DNA from: a virus
Reading direction: 5' to 3' (one strand)
DNA: 64,000 bases
IMG/VR virus record: IMGVR_UViG_3300020439_000004
Span: 32,001-96,000 of that record
Position 1 is the first letter of the stretch, and each line of letters starts with the position of its first letter. A program made the position numbers and the translations under genes. Below, in pieces: positions 59,476 to 64,000 of this stretch. The notes under the pieces were generated by a model, which ran no database searches, was not told where the DNA came from, and saw nothing but the letters and a program-made list of their open reading frames with translations.

Positions 59476-59646
59476 ATGAGCGGCTCAGTAGCTAAGAAAA
59501 TAAGAAAATTAGTTGGGTATCATCCAAAAAATGAAAATCCAATGATAAAAAAACTTTACAAGAAACTAAAAGGGCGTTATTATGCCCTTGGACCTTCTGC
59601 CTTTTGGAAAAGTGTTGAAGGTAAATTTAATTCTAATAACTCATGA
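59476..59646 (+). CDS. 56-aa basic protein (MSGSVAKKIRKLVG...)
   Basis: read by hand; its TGA overlaps the ATG of 59643. Confidence 0.6.
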   Translation: MSGSVAKKIRKLVGYHPKNENPMIKKLYKKLKGRYYALGPSAFWKSVEGKFNSNNS

Positions 59647-59858
59647 GTGATACAAATACAAAAACTAACGACGAATGGAAAAAGCGCGAACTAGGCGCTC
59701 TTTGGCGAGTTGAAGGTAGAAACCAATCTTTCTATAGTGGAGAGATTGCTTTATCTGACGGTTCAAAGCAGAAAATCGTCATCTTTAAAAATAAATTCAA
59801 AGAGCAAGGCACTAAACAGCCTGATCTAAGAATTTATCAGAGCATGGATACTGAGTAA
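59643..59858 (+). CDS. DUF736-like small protein
   Basis: ELGALW...YSGEI...IVIFKN...KQPDLRIY. Confidence 0.55.
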   Translation: MSDTNTKTNDEWKKRELGALWRVEGRNQSFYSGEIALSDGSKQKIVIFKNKFKEQGTKQPDLRIYQSMDTE

Positions 59859-60079
59859 TGGATGCTGAAAAACAAGAAGAGTTAAAAGCTCTTTTAGTAT
59901 CTGAAATGGTATCTAGAATCACGGTAGCGGAGGCTGTCAATATAATGCACAACATCGCTATTTCGGAAGTCGATAAAAATATCGCAAAAATGTCTGATGA
60001 GGAGAAACTCTCAGCTTTGGAGGAACTTACAAAAAGAGTAAATCCTTCTGAAGAAAATGAGTCAAATTTGGAAATTTAA
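59858..60079 (+). CDS. hypothetical protein
   Basis: 73-aa coupled ORF. Confidence 0.65.
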   Translation: MDAEKQEELKALLVSEMVSRITVAEAVNIMHNIAISEVDKNIAKMSDEEKLSALEELTKRVNPSEENESNLEI

Positions 60080-60095
60080 GTGTAAGACACAGAGA

Positions 60096-60572
60096 ATGCC
60101 TTATACTCTTTCTTTTTTAGATCAAAAATTATATACCAGTTTATCTTTTGATGCTGATATAAAATTTCCTGAGTCCAGTGACTTTGTTAAGAGGTTTTGG
60201 ATTTTGAAGGAATATAAAAAAGTAAGTTCAGATTTGGAGCTTTCAGAGTCTAAAGATTCTGACAAACAAATGACAAGCTCTTCTTCTTATGAGATACACA
60301 AAAGGTTTCAAGGCGATGAACTTATCGTTGAGATAGTTCAAAGCCTTGCTTTTTGTGAAGAATTTGATTATTTTAGCAAGGCAGATTTTGATTTGCCTAC
60401 AGGAGATGAAGAATTAGATAAAATGCTTACCGATATAAAAGATTCTGATTTTGATGAATCAGTTATAAAAGCTTGTATCTTAGATAGTGTGCTTCAAGGC
60501 AACTATCCTCAAAATCCTGATGACGAACCAAAAGAGGAAGAAGAAGAGTCCTCTGAGGAACCAAGTGAATAG
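60096..60572 (+). CDS. acidic hypothetical protein
   Basis: start moved to ATG 60096, 10 nt after GTGTAA. Confidence 0.6.
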   Translation: MPYTLSFLDQKLYTSLSFDADIKFPESSDFVKRFWILKEYKKVSSDLELSESKDSDKQMTSSSSYEIHKRFQGDELIVEIVQSLAFCEEFDYFSKADFDLPTGDEELDKMLTDIKDSDFDESVIKACILDSVLQGNYPQNPDDEPKEEEEESSEEPSE

Positions 60573-61401
60573 AGTTTTAATAACTGGAGCTGGCGGTTTT
60601 ATAGGAGGTAACTTAGCCGCATATTTAGAAGCTTGTGGCTTTCAAGTTACAAGATTTGATATATCTTTAGGTAACACTGGTTATCCAGATATTTTTAATC
60701 AAGATTTTGTTATTCATCTTGGTGCAAATTCAAGCACTACAGAAACCGATCTAAAAAAAATATTAGATCAAAACTTTGAATACTCGGCCAACCTTTACAA
60801 GATGTGCGAGGCTTATGAGATAAAGTTTCAATATGCTAGTAGCGCATCTGTTTATGGCGCATCTAAAACTTTCAAAGAAGATGAGTTTTGTAAACCATTA
60901 AGTCCTTATGCTTTTAGCAAGTATATGTTTGACTGTTGGTTAATGAATCAAGAATATCCATACCAAGGTTTTAGATATTTTAATGTGTACGGTTTGGGTG
61001 AAGATAAAAAAGGAAAGCAAGCTAGTCCTGTTTCAAAATTTATAAAAGAAGCGCAGACAGGCGGTAAGATAAAAATCTTTGAGAAAAGCGAAAAATATAA
61101 AAGAGATTTTGTTTCTGTAGATGATGTGTGTGAAATGCACTACAAGCTTTTGGCAAATGACGCTTCAGGAATATTTAACATAGGTACAGGTGAGCCTATC
61201 TCTTTCAGAGATGTAGCAGAGATAATAAAAGAAAATTCTAACTCTGAGATAGAAGAAATACCAATGCCCAAAGAGCTAAAAGGGCAGTATCAAAAATTTA
61301 CAAAAGCTGATATATCAAAGCTAAATGAAATAATTGGTGATTATGAGTGGAAAAGTGTAAGTGAATATGTAGAAGAAAACATTGATGCTTTCCTTAATTA
61401 A
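60565..61401 (+). CDS. hldD: ADP-L-glycero-D-manno-heptose 6-epimerase
   Basis: ITGAGGFIG, HLGANSSTTE, YASSASVYG, PYAFSK, FRYFNVYG..E.KG.QAS, RDFV, YQKFTKAD; GTG start 60565. Confidence 0.85.
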   Translation: MNRVLITGAGGFIGGNLAAYLEACGFQVTRFDISLGNTGYPDIFNQDFVIHLGANSSTTETDLKKILDQNFEYSANLYKMCEAYEIKFQYASSASVYGASKTFKEDEFCKPLSPYAFSKYMFDCWLMNQEYPYQGFRYFNVYGLGEDKKGKQASPVSKFIKEAQTGGKIKIFEKSEKYKRDFVSVDDVCEMHYKLLANDASGIFNIGTGEPISFRDVAEIIKENSNSEIEEIPMPKELKGQYQKFTKADISKLNEIIGDYEWKSVSEYVEENIDAFLN

Positions 61402-61651
61402 AAGTGTTTTAAAATCAATTGAGCTATATTTATCTTTAAAAAATAAGCTCTTCTACATAGAATTAAGACATAACCATGAAAAAACACGCAAAAGAATTAT
61501 TCAAGAGCTTGAAGATATTAGGGCTAGTGGCGGTGATGCAGACCGTGCTGATCTCTTGCGAGACGAACTCATCCGTGAAGACGCAAGTTTTAAATATTTA
61601 TCAGCCTTCTACGCTGAGTCTAGAGAAGGGAAGTCCGATAAGGACAACTAA
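61385..61651 (+). CDS. i-spanin-like (Rz-like) helical protein
   Basis: overlapped in another frame by a lipoprotein ORF; coiled-coil; N-terminal anchor only weakly hydrophobic. Confidence 0.4.
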   Translation: MLSLIKSVLKSIELYLSLKNKLFYIELRHNHEKTRKRIIQELEDIRASGGDADRADLLRDELIREDASFKYLSAFYAESREGKSDKDN

Positions 61652-61745
61652 AGGTATTTACACTCCTCAAGCCGATGAGGTTTGGCACTCTGATGCGAGG
61701 TTCCGCAAACTTGAGCGCCAGTTATATTTTCCCAGCAATAAGTGA
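61476..61745 (+). CDS. lipoprotein, o-spanin-like (Rz1-like)
   Basis: basic N-terminus, hydrophobic stretch, lipobox VLIS-C. Confidence 0.6.
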   Translation: MKKHAKELFKSLKILGLVAVMQTVLISCETNSSVKTQVLNIYQPSTLSLEKGSPIRTTKGIYTPQADEVWHSDARFRKLERQLYFPSNK

Positions 61746-61767
61746 GCTTTTTGTGTAATTAAGACAA

Positions 61768-63318
61768 ATGGCTTTTATTACTGGAATTCCTATTAGAAAT
61801 AGTATACACACCGAAGAATCCACAAGTGTGGCTGATTGGGGTAAATACAGGTCAGAATTAACTGGTCTTTATATTACTGGTGAGGGTACTGGAGCGATGT
61901 ATGAACAATACGCGGCGCAAGATTTCAGAGAGTACAATAAAAAAATACATGATTTAGGTCTTAATGAATTTAACTCAGACCTTTATTTGAGGCCATTTGA
62001 TGCTGGGTTTAGATATACGCATGATCCATTATTAGGCAAATATAGCAACGCTGCTGGAGCTTATTCTACAAAAGATATAGGTTTTGGAGGTTATCTCATG
62101 AGCATCAGAACAAACGCTGATGCACTAAACAGGGAAGCTTATGTTTTAGGAGATACTACTGGCAATATTTCATTAGAAGCTATGGTAGCACCAACAGGAA
62201 CTGGATTTCCTAATTACACATATGAATTTGGTAATACTTTAGGAACAGGATCTCAAAACGGTCCGTATGAAGTTGAAACCTTTCAATCTAATATATCAGG
62301 AAGAGAATATGAACTAACTCGCGTCAAAACTGGTTGGTTTGAAGATTTAACTGGTTATATGAATACTTATGAGGCGTTTCCCGCTTATGAACTAAGCAGC
62401 GATGTTGAAGCGCAAAGTTTTGCTTTAAATATTCCAAAAGCTCCTGATGGAAGTGTATTAGTCTATCCGTATAGAGTTTTATATTTTGGCTTTTTAAATG
62501 TCTGGGTAGTAAATACTTGGAGACTTAAAGATGGGGATACTGAGGCAACTGAGGAAGCTTTCTATGTTTACAAAAGTGAAGCTGAAGCAGCAGGTGCAGG
62601 ATTACAATTCGGACCGCAAAATTTTGTTGTAAGCGCGAAGCCTGTCTATTCCACTTTAGGAGCTTTTGTAGGCCAAGCTAACGCATATGTCACAGACTGG
62701 TACGATCAGTCTCATACAGGGTCAGAGCGGAACAACCTCATACAAGAAACTGCGGCTGATCAACCTACTATTGTTAATGGCGGCTCTTTAGTGACAGATT
62801 CAAGTGGAAATACAGCTTTAGATTTTGACGGAAGCAATCATCACATGACATTAAATACTGGGTTTTCTAGTACTTTGAATATAAGTGGTTTAGCTTCTTA
62901 TACTGTTTTTGAAGCTGATACTACAGGGGCGAATCAAATGGTTGCCTGTTTAGGAAGTTTTGCTGATTCAACCAAGAGATGGTACTGTCCTTATTTATTT
63001 AACGGCACATTTAGTATGAATTATGGTGGAAGTGCTGCTTTTTCTACTACAGCTAACACAAATTTAAATTTAATTAGCATGACAGCCGATTCAACACAAG
63101 GTGCAATGAGAGGTTTCTTAAATGGATCTCAAGTAGGAGGAAATGGCACTTTGGAAAATAAAAGTGGAGGAACCTCTCTTGTAGGAGTTGGAGGCTTGGG
63201 TGACAGTTTACATTTTAACGGGAAGATTGGAGAGTTTCTTATTTATTCAGGCGAAGGCGTATCAACAAATAGAGAAGCTATAGAAGCTAATATAAACAAA
63301 AGGTTCGGTATTTATTAA
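61768..63318 (+). CDS. virion/receptor-binding protein with C-terminal LamG/ConA-like domain
   Basis: VTDWYDQS...LIQ..AADQPTIV...LDFDG...FNGKIGEFLIY; GTGTAA 9 nt upstream. Confidence 0.65.
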   Translation: MAFITGIPIRNSIHTEESTSVADWGKYRSELTGLYITGEGTGAMYEQYAAQDFREYNKKIHDLGLNEFNSDLYLRPFDAGFRYTHDPLLGKYSNAAGAYSTKDIGFGGYLMSIRTNADALNREAYVLGDTTGNISLEAMVAPTGTGFPNYTYEFGNTLGTGSQNGPYEVETFQSNISGREYELTRVKTGWFEDLTGYMNTYEAFPAYELSSDVEAQSFALNIPKAPDGSVLVYPYRVLYFGFLNVWVVNTWRLKDGDTEATEEAFYVYKSEAEAAGAGLQFGPQNFVVSAKPVYSTLGAFVGQANAYVTDWYDQSHTGSERNNLIQETAADQPTIVNGGSLVTDSSGNTALDFDGSNHHMTLNTGFSSTLNISGLASYTVFEADTTGANQMVACLGSFADSTKRWYCPYLFNGTFSMNYGGSAAFSTTANTNLNLISMTADSTQGAMRGFLNGSQVGGNGTLENKSGGTSLVGVGGLGDSLHFNGKIGEFLIYSGEGVSTNREAIEANINKRFGIY

Positions 63319-63321
63319 TAT

Positions 63322-63612
63322 ATGAAATATTTACTTTTTAATACAAAACAAGAAGCTCAAAACAGGAGCGCACAAGAAGCACAAGCAAGATGTTGTTCTG
63401 GCACTACAAAATATTGGTGGACAGTGAAACAAACTAAAGCGGGCAAATGGGCTTTATGTATTGATAATCCATATCCAAGGGTAACAGAAGAAACCATAGA
63501 ATTTGATGGTGAAGAAATGACAGTGCCGACTAACTCTTTAGCAGGATTAACTCCAACAGAAATATCAAATTTAAAAAATTCTGTCGTCTGGCCTGATGTT
63601 CCAACTCTTTAA
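63322..63612 (+). CDS. small protein downstream of RBP (fibre-chaperone-like)
   Basis: 96-aa ORF, TKYWW motif. Confidence 0.55.
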   Translation: MKYLLFNTKQEAQNRSAQEAQARCCSGTTKYWWTVKQTKAGKWALCIDNPYPRVTEETIEFDGEEMTVPTNSLAGLTPTEISNLKNSVVWPDVPTL

Positions 63613-63655
63613 AAAAAAGTTGATAAATATTATTTAGTGAATAATATGTATATAT

Positions 63656-63862
63656 ATGAAAACTATTGAATTCACTGATCAGGAATTGCAGGTTCTCACA
63701 CAACTTTTGGACATCGCAGTAAAAGCTGGCGGTCTCAATGTTGCTGAAGCTGCAAGCGTACTCGCAAGGAAAATTTCTCAAGAAATTGAGCAAACTCCTC
63801 AATTTGCAGAACCTTCAATCGCTCCCGTAGAGGATGACGAAGAAGAAAGCGGAGAGGAATAA
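63656..63862 (+). CDS. hypothetical protein
   Basis: LLDIAVKAGGLNVAEAA helix plus acidic tail. Confidence 0.65.
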   Translation: MKTIEFTDQELQVLTQLLDIAVKAGGLNVAEAASVLARKISQEIEQTPQFAEPSIAPVEDDEEESGEE

Positions 63863-63908
63863 AATATTTCCCTTGACGATTACAAAATTGTAATATAAAG
63901 TTAAGATT

Positions 63909-64000
63909 ATGAAGAAATTTATTCTTACACTACTATTGGGCGCTATTTTTGGTAGCGCAGCGCATGGGACAACTATTGCAGATTCTTCTGTAGGAGTTGG
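63909..64000 (+). CDS. secreted protein (Sec signal peptide), truncated
   Basis: MKKFILTLLLGAIFGSAAHG-TTIADSSVGV; TTGACG-17-TAAAGT promoter 7 nt upstream. Confidence 0.65.
   Translation, partial: MKKFILTLLLGAIFGSAAHGTTIADSSVGV

Noticed and set aside
1-64000. stop-codon reassignment, tRNA genes, introns/inteins, integrase, tail sheath
   Set aside because: genes are intact under code 11 with all three stops used; no cloverleaf, intein or intron signature, recombinase or sheath-sized gene recognised by eye

Overview
The window is a 64-kb segment of a large, AT-rich, tailed dsDNA bacteriophage. No tail sheath is recognisable and the tape measure is 1500 aa, so it is probably siphovirus-like. 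The host is probably a diderm with sigma70-type TTGACA/TATAAT promoters. Layout: (i) 1-2000, minus strand: an array of small early ORFs, almost all with their own sigma70 promoter firing directly at the start codon (leaderless), plus a pair of 29-bp palindromes. (ii) 2134-33690, plus strand: PhoH, a sigma factor, a ZnF-ERCC4 nuclease, terminase, portal, protease/scaffold, capsid, neck, two tail-tube paralogues, a trypsin-like tail protein, tape measure and tail-tip genes. (iii) 33693-41082, mostly minus strand: SSAP-like protein, three glycosyltransferases, a Whirly-like SSB, Hsp20 and a second sigma factor. (iv) 41083-41348: a repeat-rich, promoter-driven intergenic element (origin or ncRNA candidate). 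(v) 41349-64000, plus strand: class I RNR, GT2/GT9/FkbM/Gmd, RecA, DnaB, primase, exonuclease, a three-gene split DnaE (PHP + DnaQ + polymerase), a Clp ATPase, ADP-heptose epimerase, an overlapping spanin-like pair and a LamG-like virion protein. The most notable signals are a candidate virion glycosylation (heptosylation) system paired with an [S/T]-G sequon enriched in tail/neck proteins, a candidate phage-sigma late promoter (TTTCCCT..GTGTAA) within a largely leaderless expression programme, and a Whirly-fold SSB with a bacterial-type acidic tail. All protein calls come from motif recognition by eye; no searches were run.
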